From contig OY282430.1 in assembly GCA_958296025.1 (NCBI GenBank), positions 3,212,477 through 3,276,476 on the forward strand: a DNA stretch of 64,000 nt. Reading direction: 5' to 3'. This DNA is from an uncultured Pseudomonadales bacterium (GTDB lineage: Bacteria > Pseudomonadota > Gammaproteobacteria > Pseudomonadales > Azotimanducaceae). Both the position numbers and the translations under genes were made by a program. Positions 26,642-35,503 of the stretch are shown one piece after another (the stretch's first letter is position 1; the number at the start of each line of letters is the position of its first letter). Below the pieces are notes generated by a model. That model saw only the letters and a program-made list of their open reading frames with translations. It searched no databases and had not been told where the DNA came from.

Positions 26642-28330
26642 ATGACAACCAAGGCAATCTCATCCACCAGTTTAGCCATTCGCCAGCTTGGGCTGTTCGC
26701 CTTTGCCGCAGTGGCCGGGCTGGCCGCGCTGATGTGGGGCCTGAACCTGCTGGCCAACCTGACCGCCTCCGCCAGCGGCGCCAACAGCGCGGTGGACGCC
26801 GCCAGCAACGCCATCACCGTGCTGATTTCCTCAGAGCCGCCGCAGCTGGACAGCAGCCTGTCCACCGACCAGGTGAGCGGCATGGTCCTCGGCCATGTCA
26901 TGGAGGGCCTGCTGCGCTACGACGAGAACAACGAACTGGCGCCCGGCGTGGCGGAAAGCTGGCGCATCAACGCCGACAGCGCGGTCTTTCGGCTGCGGGA
27001 GAACGCCCTGTGGAGCGACGGCAAACCGGTCACGGCGCAGGACTTCGTGTTCGCCTGGCGCTTGGCCCTTGCCCCGGACAACGCCTCCCAATACGCCTTC
27101 ATCCTCTATCCGGTGAAGAACGCCGAGGCCATAAACCAAGGGACCCAGCCACCCGAGGCGCTGGGCGCCCGCGCCTTGGACGACCGCACCCTTGAGATCG
27201 AATTCGAGCGGCCCATCGCTTTCTTCGACAAGCTCACCGCCTTCTCCACCTACTACCCGGTGCGGCAGGACTTCTACGAGTCCACCGACGGCACCTATGG
27301 CGCTGACGCCGACAAGCTGCTTTACAACGGGCCTTTCGTCATCGCCAGTTGGGTGCATGGGCAGTCCTTGGACATGCGCCGCAATCCCCTCTACTGGAAC
27401 CAAGGGCGCATCCACCTGGATCGCATCAATGCGGGCTACATCACCTCGGACCCCAACACTAGCCTCAACCTGTTCAAGGACGACAAGATCGTCTTGACCG
27501 GGCTGACGCCGGAAAACCTGACCAGCGCCCTGGAGCAGCGCTGGCAAATCCATCGCTTCATGGACGGTTCCCTGTTCTTCCTGGAGCTCAACCACCGGCC
27601 CGACCGCCTGACGAGCAACCTCAACCTGCGCAAGGCCCTTTACCTCGCCCAAGACCCGAACGAACTGGTTTACAAGGTCATCAAGCTGCCCGGCTACCTG
27701 CCCGGCGTTTCGCTGTTTCCCAGCTTCCTGGACGGCCCGCACGGCAGGTTCCGGGACGACCATCCCCCGCCAGCGCACCGCATTGACGTGGCGGCCGCCC
27801 GCCGGCATTTGGCGCTGGCCCAGGCGGAGTTGGGGTTGGACGAATTTCCGTCCTTGGTGCTGTTGACCGGCGACAACACGGTGTCCAACGTGCAGAGCGA
27901 GTATTTTCAGGCCGTGTTTAAGAAGAACCTGGGCTTGGACATCAAGATCGACCGGCAGATCTTCAAGCAGCGGCTGGCCAAGATGACCTCCGGGGAATTC
28001 GACATCGTGATGGCCGGCTGGGGGCCGGACTACGACGACCCGCTCACCTTCGGCGACCTGTTCGCCTCTTGGAACCTGAACAACCGAGGGCGCTACAGCA
28101 ATCCCGCCTATGACGAGCAGGTGCGCATCGCCCAAAACGCCTTGGATGCGGAGGTGCGCATGGCGGCCTTTGCCAACATGCAGCGCATCATCCACGAGGA
28201 CGTGGTCATCATCCCCAGCTACGATCGGGGGGTCGCCTACGTCACCCATCCCCGCCTGCAGGGCGTTCGGCGCAGGGTGGTGGGCGCGGACCCAGACTAC
28301 AGCAACGCCTACATCGTGCCGGAGGCCTAA
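26642..28330 (+). CDS. ABC transporter substrate-binding protein, family 5 (peptide/nickel type)
   Basis: 562 aa, signal/TM start, family-5 SBP profile, first gene of a 5-gene ABC operon. Confidence 0.9.
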   Translation: MTTKAISSTSLAIRQLGLFAFAAVAGLAALMWGLNLLANLTASASGANSAVDAASNAITVLISSEPPQLDSSLSTDQVSGMVLGHVMEGLLRYDENNELAPGVAESWRINADSAVFRLRENALWSDGKPVTAQDFVFAWRLALAPDNASQYAFILYPVKNAEAINQGTQPPEALGARALDDRTLEIEFERPIAFFDKLTAFSTYYPVRQDFYESTDGTYGADADKLLYNGPFVIASWVHGQSLDMRRNPLYWNQGRIHLDRINAGYITSDPNTSLNLFKDDKIVLTGLTPENLTSALEQRWQIHRFMDGSLFFLELNHRPDRLTSNLNLRKALYLAQDPNELVYKVIKLPGYLPGVSLFPSFLDGPHGRFRDDHPPPAHRIDVAAARRHLALAQAELGLDEFPSLVLLTGDNTVSNVQSEYFQAVFKKNLGLDIKIDRQIFKQRLAKMTSGEFDIVMAGWGPDYDDPLTFGDLFASWNLNNRGRYSNPAYDEQVRIAQNALDAEVRMAAFANMQRIIHEDVVIIPSYDRGVAYVTHPRLQGVRRRVVGADPDYSNAYIVPEA

Positions 28331-28340
28331 GGGGGCTGGA

Positions 28341-29273
28341 ATGCTGCGCTACGCCTTCAAGCGCCTGATGCAGGGGATCATCACGGTCTTCTTCATCGCC
28401 ACCGCCACCTTCTTCGGCATGCACAGCGTACCTGGCGACCCCTTGGCCAACGACAAGGCCATGACCGAAAAGATCCGCGCCAACCTAGAAGTCAAGTACG
28501 GGCTGGACAAGCCCCTGCTGTCCCAATACGGCATCTACATGGGCAACCTGCTGCGCGGCGATTTCGGCATTTCCTACACCCAGGAGAACCGGCGGGTGAA
28601 CGACATCATCCGCGAGCACTTCCCGGTGTCCGCCACCTTGGGCATTCTGGCCATCGCCTTCGCCGGCCTCGGCGGAGTGCTCTGGGGGGCGCTGACCGCG
28701 CTGTACCGCAACCGGCTGCCGGACCTCGTCATCATGCTGCTGGTGATTCTGGGCATCTCCGTGCCCAGCTTCGTCTTCGCCGCCTTGGGACAACTGCTGC
28801 TGGTCAACCTGAACGATCAGTTCGGCTTCTCCCTGCTGCCGGTGGCCGGTTGGGGCACGGTGGCGCACATGCTGGCGCCCTCCTTGGTGCTGGGCCTTGG
28901 CACCATGGCCTACTTAACCCGCTTGATGCGCTCCTCCATGCTGGAGATCATCAACGCGGACTTCATCCGCACCGCCAAGTCCAAGGGGCTGCCAGCCACC
29001 CGCATCTTCACCCACCATCAGCTGCGCAACGCCATCCTGCCGGTCATCACCGTGCTGGGGCCTTCCATCGCCGCCATCACCACCGGCGGCTTCGTGGTGG
29101 AGATGCTGTTCGCCATCCCCGGCCTCGGCCGCTACTTCGTGCAGGCGGTGCAGCAGCTGGACTACACCGTCATCATGGGCACCACGGTGTTCTACGGCGC
29201 CTTTCTGGTGTTCATGGTGATCGTGGTGGACTTGCTTTACGGGCTGATCGACCCCCGGGTAAGGCTGGAATAG
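28341..29273 (+). CDS. ABC transporter permease (OppB/DppB type)
   Basis: MLRYAFKRLMQGIITVFFIATATFF start and EAA-loop region FIRTAKSKGL. Confidence 0.9.
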   Translation: MLRYAFKRLMQGIITVFFIATATFFGMHSVPGDPLANDKAMTEKIRANLEVKYGLDKPLLSQYGIYMGNLLRGDFGISYTQENRRVNDIIREHFPVSATLGILAIAFAGLGGVLWGALTALYRNRLPDLVIMLLVILGISVPSFVFAALGQLLLVNLNDQFGFSLLPVAGWGTVAHMLAPSLVLGLGTMAYLTRLMRSSMLEIINADFIRTAKSKGLPATRIFTHHQLRNAILPVITVLGPSIAAITTGGFVVEMLFAIPGLGRYFVQAVQQLDYTVIMGTTVFYGAFLVFMVIVVDLLYGLIDPRVRLE

Positions 29274-29275
29274 CG

Positions 29276-30646
29276 ATGGCCGAGACCACCTACTCAGCAG
29301 AGGACTTCGCACCGGCGCCGGCGCTGGCCTCGGTGCAGGGCATCTCCCGCCCTTCCCTATCCTACTGGCAGGATGCTTGGTTACGCCTGAAGGCCAACCG
29401 CCGGGCGCTTTACTCCCTATACATTGTGATCGCCCTGTTGGCGTTCACCTTGGTTGGCCCGGTGGTTTGGAACATCGATCCGGCCTTGCAGGACTTGCAG
29501 CAGATCAGCCAAGCACCACAGGCGGACCGCAACGCCACCATCATCGAACCTTATAAACCTTGGGACGGCGCCGATGCGCCAATGGTTGCCCGCCTGCGCC
29601 TAGCCGAGCCCCCCACCACCCAAGCGGTGCGGCTGGTTTGGGGGGCTTTGCCGGGTGCCGCCGGCTACCGCCTGTATCGCAACATCTTCCCCGTCGGCGA
29701 GGAACGGGCTTACGGACTGCCGCTGTTCGAGACCCTTGACCCCGCCAAGCACCACTTTGAGGACCGCTTGGACCTTCGCCCGCAAACCTACTTCTACAGC
29801 GTGGTGGCCCTAGACGGCCAAGGGCGGTTGACGGACGCCTTCGAGACTGTGGAAGCCGAGGTGCGGCGGGTCATCACCGTCGAGGAAGCCGAAGCGATGG
29901 GCTTGGCCGAAGCAGGGCAGGCGTTGGCGCCGGGAGATCGAATCAAGCTGCAAGCCCATCCCCTGGGCACCGACTACCTGGGCCGGGACATGCTGGCCCG
30001 GCTGATGGCGGGGGCGCGGGTGTCGCTGTTCATCGGCTTGGTTGCGCCGCTGATCTTCATCGCCTTCGGGGTGGCCTACGGGGCCGCCGCCGGCTTCTTC
30101 GGCGGCTGGATGGACCAAGCGCTGATGCGCTTCTCCGACTTCGTCGTCGCCCTGCCCTTCCTACTGTTCATGATTCTAATCCGGGTGATCTCCGGGGTGC
30201 AGCCGGGGGAGTCCGGCGTCGCCCCCATGGTGCTGGCGATGGTGCTGCTCAGCTGGCCGGCGACAGCGCGGCTGGTGCGCGGGCAGATTCTGCAAATCCG
30301 CGAGGAGGGCTACATCAGCGCCTCCCAGCTGCTGGGCGCCGGCGCCCCCTACCTGGTGCTGCGGCACATGATTCCCAACACCCTAGGCGTCATTCTGGTG
30401 ACCCTGACCTTCGCCGTGCCGACAGCCATCTTCACCGAAGCCTTCCTCTCCTTCATCGGCATGGGGGTGGCGCCGCCGACGGCCTCCTGGGGCAGCATGT
30501 GCAACGAGGGCATCAAGACCATGCTGACCCATCCCCACGAACTGATCTTTCCGGCGCTGTTCATCAGCATCACCGTGCTGGCCTTCAACCTGTTGGGGGA
30601 CGGCCTGCGCGACGCGCTGGATGCGCGAATGAGGTCACGGGAGTAG
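29276..30646 (+). CDS. ABC transporter permease (OppC/DppC type) with enlarged periplasmic insert
   Basis: OppC-like N-terminus and C-terminal TM bundle. A ~170-aa insert includes an FN3-like stretch VRLVWGALPGAAGYRLYRN...YFYSVVALDGQG. Confidence 0.85.
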   Translation: MAETTYSAEDFAPAPALASVQGISRPSLSYWQDAWLRLKANRRALYSLYIVIALLAFTLVGPVVWNIDPALQDLQQISQAPQADRNATIIEPYKPWDGADAPMVARLRLAEPPTTQAVRLVWGALPGAAGYRLYRNIFPVGEERAYGLPLFETLDPAKHHFEDRLDLRPQTYFYSVVALDGQGRLTDAFETVEAEVRRVITVEEAEAMGLAEAGQALAPGDRIKLQAHPLGTDYLGRDMLARLMAGARVSLFIGLVAPLIFIAFGVAYGAAAGFFGGWMDQALMRFSDFVVALPFLLFMILIRVISGVQPGESGVAPMVLAMVLLSWPATARLVRGQILQIREEGYISASQLLGAGAPYLVLRHMIPNTLGVILVTLTFAVPTAIFTEAFLSFIGMGVAPPTASWGSMCNEGIKTMLTHPHELIFPALFISITVLAFNLLGDGLRDALDARMRSRE

Positions 30647-30708
30647 CAGATGGACCCGAGAATTCACGGCAGCGACGAGTGGGGATCAAAACGCAAGCGA
30701 GGGAAGGC

Positions 30709-31881
30709 ATGAGCGCCTTGCTGGAAGTGCGCGACTTGGAGGTCGAGTTCGACACCTACGGCGGCACCGTGCATGCCGTGCGCGGCGTGTCGTTCGACGT
30801 TCGGGCCGGCAAGACCCTCGCCATCGTCGGCGAGTCCGGCTGCGGCAAGTCCGTGACCGTGCAGTCGATCATGGGGCTGATTCCCATACCGCCGGGGCGC
30901 ATCGTCGCCGGCACCGCCAAACTGCGCGGCGTGGATATTCTCGGGCGGCCGGAAGTCGATGGCAGGGACGTGCGCGGCGACACCATCGGCATGATCTTCC
31001 AAGACCCCATGACGTCCTTGAACCCCACCATGACCATCGGCGATCAGATCGCGGAGACCTTGCAGACCCACCGCGGCCAGGCCCGCCCTCAAGCCCGCGC
31101 CCGGGCCGTGGAGTTGCTGGAAATGACTCGCATTCCCGAAGCCGAAGAGCGCGCCGGACAATACCCCTTCGAGTTCTCCGGCGGCATGCTGCAACGGGCC
31201 ATGATCGCCATGGCCATCGCCTGCGAACCGGCCATCCTAGTCGCCGACGAACCCAGCACCGCCTTGGACGTGACCATTCAGGCGCAAATCCTGGACCTGC
31301 TGGGCGACCTGCAGGCCAAGACCGGCATGGCCATCATTCTCATCACCCACGACCTCGGCGTGGTGGCGCGGCTGGCCGACGAAGTGGCTGTGATGTACGC
31401 CGGGCGCATCGTCGAGCACGGCACGGCGGACGCGGTGTTCCACCAGTCCGGCCATCCCTACACCCAAGGCTTGAAGGCGGCGATGCCCACCCGCAACTCC
31501 CGCCGCGACGACCCCTTGCAGCCCATCGACGGCAGCCCGCCGGACCTGTTCGCCCCGCCGCCGGGCTGCGCCTACCGGCCACGCTGCCCAAACGCCATGC
31601 GCATCTGCGAGCGGCGCGACCCGCCGGCTTTTCCGCTTGAGCCAAGCGACGCATCCCGCCCATCCGCCGCCGTAGATGTGGTTTCCCACGCCAGCCGGGG
31701 GGACGCCGCATCAGGTTCCCAAGCCCCGGCCCCAAGGACGCCGCCAAAGGAAACTGAGGCCCATCCCGCCAAGGACGCAACGGCTGCGCCGCATCACAGG
31801 GACCACTTCTCCCGTTGCTGGCTGCACAGGGCCGAAGCCAGCGCACATCGGGGCACCGTCAATCCCGGAGCTTCACAATGA
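30709..31881 (+). CDS. ABC transporter ATP-binding protein (OppD/DppD type) with low-complexity insert near the C-terminus
   Basis: Walker A GESGCGKS, signature FSGGMLQR, Walker B LVADEPSTALD. Stop overlaps the next start (ATGA). Confidence 0.9.
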   Translation: MSALLEVRDLEVEFDTYGGTVHAVRGVSFDVRAGKTLAIVGESGCGKSVTVQSIMGLIPIPPGRIVAGTAKLRGVDILGRPEVDGRDVRGDTIGMIFQDPMTSLNPTMTIGDQIAETLQTHRGQARPQARARAVELLEMTRIPEAEERAGQYPFEFSGGMLQRAMIAMAIACEPAILVADEPSTALDVTIQAQILDLLGDLQAKTGMAIILITHDLGVVARLADEVAVMYAGRIVEHGTADAVFHQSGHPYTQGLKAAMPTRNSRRDDPLQPIDGSPPDLFAPPPGCAYRPRCPNAMRICERRDPPAFPLEPSDASRPSAAVDVVSHASRGDAASGSQAPAPRTPPKETEAHPAKDATAAPHHRDHFSRCWLHRAEASAHRGTVNPGASQ

Positions 31882-32840
31882 CGACGCTGCTGGAAACCCG
31901 CAACCTGACCAAGCACTTCGACCTCGGCCGCGGGCGGCGGGTCCATGCCGTGGACGGCCTAAGCCTCACCATTGACGAGCGGGAGATCGTCGGCTTGGTG
32001 GGCGAGAGCGGCTCCGGCAAATCCACTTTCGGCAAGGCCATCCTGGGCCTGCACGACAAGACCGCCGGGCTCGTCACCTTCAAGGGCGAGGAGTTGCCGG
32101 GCCGCTACCGGCAGCGGGACTTTCGCCGCTACGCGCCGCACATGCAGATGATCTTTCAGGACCCGTACTCATCCCTGAACCCGCGCATGACCGTGGGCGA
32201 AATCGTTGGCGAGGGGTTGAAGCTGCACTCCGACCTGTCCGGCCGGGAAGTCCGCGAGCGCAGCGCCGACTGGCTGCAACGGGTGGGCCTGGAGCCGGCG
32301 CACATGTCCCGCTATCCGCACGAGTTCTCCGGCGGCCAGCGGCAGCGCATCGGCGTCGCCCGGGCGCTGATCCTGGAGCCGGAGTTCGTGGTCTGCGACG
32401 AACCCATCTCCGCCTTGGACGTGTCCGTGCAAGCCCAGGTCATCAATCTGCTCGACGACCTGAAGGCGTCCCTCGGCCTCACCCTGCTGTTCATCGCCCA
32501 CGACCTTTCGATGGTGCGCTACGTCAGCGACCGCATGGCGGTGATGTACCTCGGCGCTCTAGTGGAGGTGGGCAAGGCCAACGACGTCTTCTTCGACCCG
32601 CAACACCCCTACACCCAATTCCTAGTCGCCGCCAACCCGGAGCCGGACCCCAGAACCGAACGCCGCCGCGCCTTCTCCGCCATCCAAGGCGAAATACCCT
32701 CCCCCATCAACGTCCCCCCCGGCTGCCGCTTCGCCAACCGCTGCCCCCAAGTCATGCCGCAGTGCCGGGAGCAGACGCCGCAATTGATTCCGTTGCAGGA
32801 GAAAGGCGGACGGGAGGTGGCCTGCCACTTGTTTGGGTAG
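31878..32840 (+). CDS. ABC transporter ATP-binding protein (OppF/DppF type)
   Basis: Walker A GESGSGKS, signature FSGGQRQR, Walker B VVCDEPISALD, C-terminal oligopeptide-type Cys motif. Confidence 0.9.
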   Translation: MTTLLETRNLTKHFDLGRGRRVHAVDGLSLTIDEREIVGLVGESGSGKSTFGKAILGLHDKTAGLVTFKGEELPGRYRQRDFRRYAPHMQMIFQDPYSSLNPRMTVGEIVGEGLKLHSDLSGREVRERSADWLQRVGLEPAHMSRYPHEFSGGQRQRIGVARALILEPEFVVCDEPISALDVSVQAQVINLLDDLKASLGLTLLFIAHDLSMVRYVSDRMAVMYLGALVEVGKANDVFFDPQHPYTQFLVAANPEPDPRTERRRAFSAIQGEIPSPINVPPGCRFANRCPQVMPQCREQTPQLIPLQEKGGREVACHLFG

Positions 32841-32892
32841 GGAGTAGTGTTGCGGAGACACTGACGGCTTCCGGCCAGCAACAAGGCTGATT

Positions 32893-33534
32893 TTGGTTGG
32901 AGGCAGCGGAGGGGAACCTGTCGCAGCCGTGCTGGTACCAACCCAGCGTAAGGGTTCAGGCATTGCGGAGGACCGATTGACAACAAAACCAACTTTGTCC
33001 ATTCATGACATGGAACAACGACACCACGGGCTGACAAAGGCCATCGCGGACATGTACACCGAAGCGGCGACCGTCTGCTTAGATCGGCATCATCAATCGC
33101 CAACGGATTTCAATTTGAACGGAAGTGGTGTGCGGTCCGAAGCGGCCGTGGAGTGGCGGCGATCCGATGCGCGAACCCGTGGTGCATGGGCGAACGAGAT
33201 CGACGCAACAGAGGCGGGCGCTTGTGCTTGCGCTCTCGCAGCGGTTGAACTCATTGATGGCCTAGTCGCCATTCACAGGGCGGAAACCAAAACCGGTGCC
33301 GACTACTACATCGCTCCCAAGGGCACACCTGCGGAGGACCTACAAAAGTGGTTGCGCTTTGAAGTTTCCGGCGTGGACAGCGGATCGGAAAGCACTGTCA
33401 AAAGACGCCTCAAAGACAAACTGACTCAAGCCGCAACAGGCAAAAGTGATCTCCCGGCGATGGCCGGCGTGGTAGGATTCAGAGCCAAGTTAATTCTGTT
33501 GGCCGATCTCCAAAACAGCCAGGCGAGCAACTGA
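32893..33534 (+). CDS. Hypothetical protein, possible degenerate PD-(D/E)XK-like fold
   Basis: ORF with TTG 32893 or ATG 33010 start. Contains EIDATEAGACACALAAVE ... TGADYYI ... LRFEVSGV (E / D / ExS spacing). 10 nt upstream of the next ORF. Confidence 0.5.
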   Translation: MVGGSGGEPVAAVLVPTQRKGSGIAEDRLTTKPTLSIHDMEQRHHGLTKAIADMYTEAATVCLDRHHQSPTDFNLNGSGVRSEAAVEWRRSDARTRGAWANEIDATEAGACACALAAVELIDGLVAIHRAETKTGADYYIAPKGTPAEDLQKWLRFEVSGVDSGSESTVKRRLKDKLTQAATGKSDLPAMAGVVGFRAKLILLADLQNSQASN

Positions 33535-33544
33535 GAACGGCGCT

Positions 33545-34660
33545 ATGACTTGGGTCGAGCACCATAAGATCAGCGAGCAGTTTGCCTCGCAAGCACAAGT
33601 TGCCGTGTGGGAAGGCCGACATACGGAAGCACTGCCCCTGTACGCCCTTGCTGCCGACGCCGAAAACAAAGCTCTTGCGGGTCTGGATACCTCCAAAGCC
33701 CGCACCATCGGCATAACCGCTGTGAGTGCGGCTGCTCTCTATTACAAAGCGGAAGACTTCACCCGAGCGGAAGAGATAGCGGGCTATTGGCTCGGGTTCG
33801 GTTTGCTCCCCGCCTTCGCCAAGGAGCAACTGCGCAGCTTGCTTCAATCCATCTGGTGCGAACAAGTTCGAACGCGAACGGACCCTAGGTTTGCGCCGGG
33901 CCAAGTTCTGATCTCCGTGAAGGGCGGGGAAGTCGTCCACGGCGGCGCCCCGCTTGACCTCATCGTGGATAAGGTAAAGATCGTCCAATCCATCCTGCAC
34001 AGAACCGCCGAGTTCATGAGCAACCTGACGCATCGCAAACGCGGCGGCCCAAGCAAGGACATACAGGAAATCTGCCGCCCGTGGCTATTTCAAACCGAAC
34101 CGGGCAGCTATCAATTCGCTGTCGCAATTCAAGAGAAGAAGCAACTCGAATTGCTCCGCGAACTACCTTCATCAAGAGGTATATCGGATTGCTTCTTGAA
34201 GATTCTTCGCGTAGGGATCGAAGATCCCGAACAACGTTTTGCGGAGATAGTTCCCGATCCTGACTACCGTAATACGTTTTTGAAGTTGACGCGAAACCTC
34301 GCTCCGCAAGGAGAAGTATGCAATAGCGTGGAACTTAAATCTCAGGAACAGACGCAAGCCATTAGGCTCGATTCCAAAGTCCGACATGACTTAGGAAAAG
34401 CCATTCGCAGCGCTAAGGAGAGGGAAACAGCACCAACAAGTCACCCTGAATCATTGCATGGAACACTTCGGGCGATCCATCTGGACAAGGATTGGCTTGA
34501 ACTCACTGTGGGGGAAAAACCTCTTCGCGTGGTTCAAGTCGGCGAACAAGTTGACGACGTGATTGGTCCCATGATTAACAAGCCAGTGATTGTCCATGTA
34601 TCCGTGGATGAAGACCAGTATAAGTTTCTGGACATCGAGCCGGATGAATCAAGTTGCTAA
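33545..34660 (+). CDS. Hypothetical protein (371 aa), helical N-terminus, no recognisable motif
   Basis: Long uninterrupted ORF in an AT-richer segment, co-oriented and nearly abutting 32893..33534. Confidence 0.55.
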   Translation: MTWVEHHKISEQFASQAQVAVWEGRHTEALPLYALAADAENKALAGLDTSKARTIGITAVSAAALYYKAEDFTRAEEIAGYWLGFGLLPAFAKEQLRSLLQSIWCEQVRTRTDPRFAPGQVLISVKGGEVVHGGAPLDLIVDKVKIVQSILHRTAEFMSNLTHRKRGGPSKDIQEICRPWLFQTEPGSYQFAVAIQEKKQLELLRELPSSRGISDCFLKILRVGIEDPEQRFAEIVPDPDYRNTFLKLTRNLAPQGEVCNSVELKSQEQTQAIRLDSKVRHDLGKAIRSAKERETAPTSHPESLHGTLRAIHLDKDWLELTVGEKPLRVVQVGEQVDDVIGPMINKPVIVHVSVDEDQYKFLDIEPDESSC

Positions 34661-34705
34661 ACCTGCATCGTCGATCGCTGGCCTTTCTATAGCAGGGCAA
34701 GATTG

Positions 34706-34840
34706 ATGGCCAGCGACTACAACGCGATACCAATCGAGAACTAGCGTCGGGATGGAACCGACGTGGGTCGGTATGGAAAGAACCTGTTAACCGACCTCTA
34801 CGATGATAAAACTCACTTCATCCATGAGTTGCTTGAACGG
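34706..34840 (+). pseudogene. Fragment of a second sacsin-like GHKL gene (N-terminal ~45 codons, in-frame TAG)
   Basis: MASDYNAIPIEN*RRDGTDVGRYGKNLLTDLYDDKTHFIHELLE parallels the start of gene 35503 (MASDYKAIKANNERRYGTDVGRYGKRLLTDLYDDRTHFIYELLQ). Confidence 0.7.
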
Positions 34841-34949
34841 GCATGGCGGAGGACACAGCCGCGAACTGCAAATCTGGACCTTCACCGTCGCTCGTTTCCC
34901 GCTGCCCGGCTAAAGGTTGAGGTGCAAAGGAAGGGCGCCGTCAATGTGA

Positions 34950-35196
34950 GTTCGCCGATCTTGGCGCGCAGGTGGCGGATGGTGGCCTCGTGCTCGGCAC
35001 CCCGCTTGGCCCGGTTCTGGAGGGCGGCCTTGCCGCCTTCCAGAAAAAGCCGGCGCTAGTCCCGCACTTGGTTGGGGTGGATGCCGAGTCGGGCTGCCAC
35101 TGCGCTCAGCGTGTCCACCTCACCCATCGCGCCACGGACCACGCGAGCCTTGAAATCCGCCGTGCAACGGTGCCTTGTCGTGGTCTTTCCAGCCAT
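34950..35196 (-). mobile_element. IS3-family transposase OrfA remnant (HTH part only, in-frame TAG)
   Basis: Hand translation from ATG 35196 gives MAGKTTTRHRCTADFKARVVRGAMGEVDTLSAVAARLGIHPNQVRD*RRLFLEGGKAALQNRAKRG...RHLRAKIGELTL. No OrfB and no inverted repeats seen. Confidence 0.6.
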
Positions 35197-35296
35197 CTCA
35201 GGTCCTCCCGAATGGACGGAAAGTCTACCTTAAGCAGTTATCGCGAAAACCCAGACCACATCTATCACTTCTCAGCTTCAGGCATGCGGAGTTGCT

Positions 35297-35503
35297 GTGA
35301 AAGTAGCTCCCCGCATTCTAGAGGTGTTACCCTATCGCCCAGAGCGCGTGGATGCCGCCGGCCGCCACTTCGACGCGACGATGCGGCGCATCCAAGCTGG
35401 TGAGTTCGCCGTGGCGGTGCCACCGGAACCAGGCATTTGTGGGGAGTGCGATTTGCGGACGCTCTGCCGAGCCGAAGGCGTTATCCAGGAAGAGGCAGGC
35501 TGA
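35297..35503 (+). pseudogene. C-terminal fragment of a Cas4/AddB-type PD-(D/E)XK nuclease domain (Cys-cluster tail)
   Basis: ...IQAGEFAVAVPPEPGICGECDLRTLCRAEG is the typical C-terminal CxxC-x5-C tail of helicase-nuclease fusions. No upstream body is present. Its stop overlaps the start of the next gene (ATGA... tgATG at 35501-35505). Confidence 0.4.

Noticed and set aside
26831-28249. 472-aa minus-strand ORF antisense to the substrate-binding protein gene
   Set aside because: It is a shadow ORF with no motifs. The sense frame is a clear family-5 SBP.
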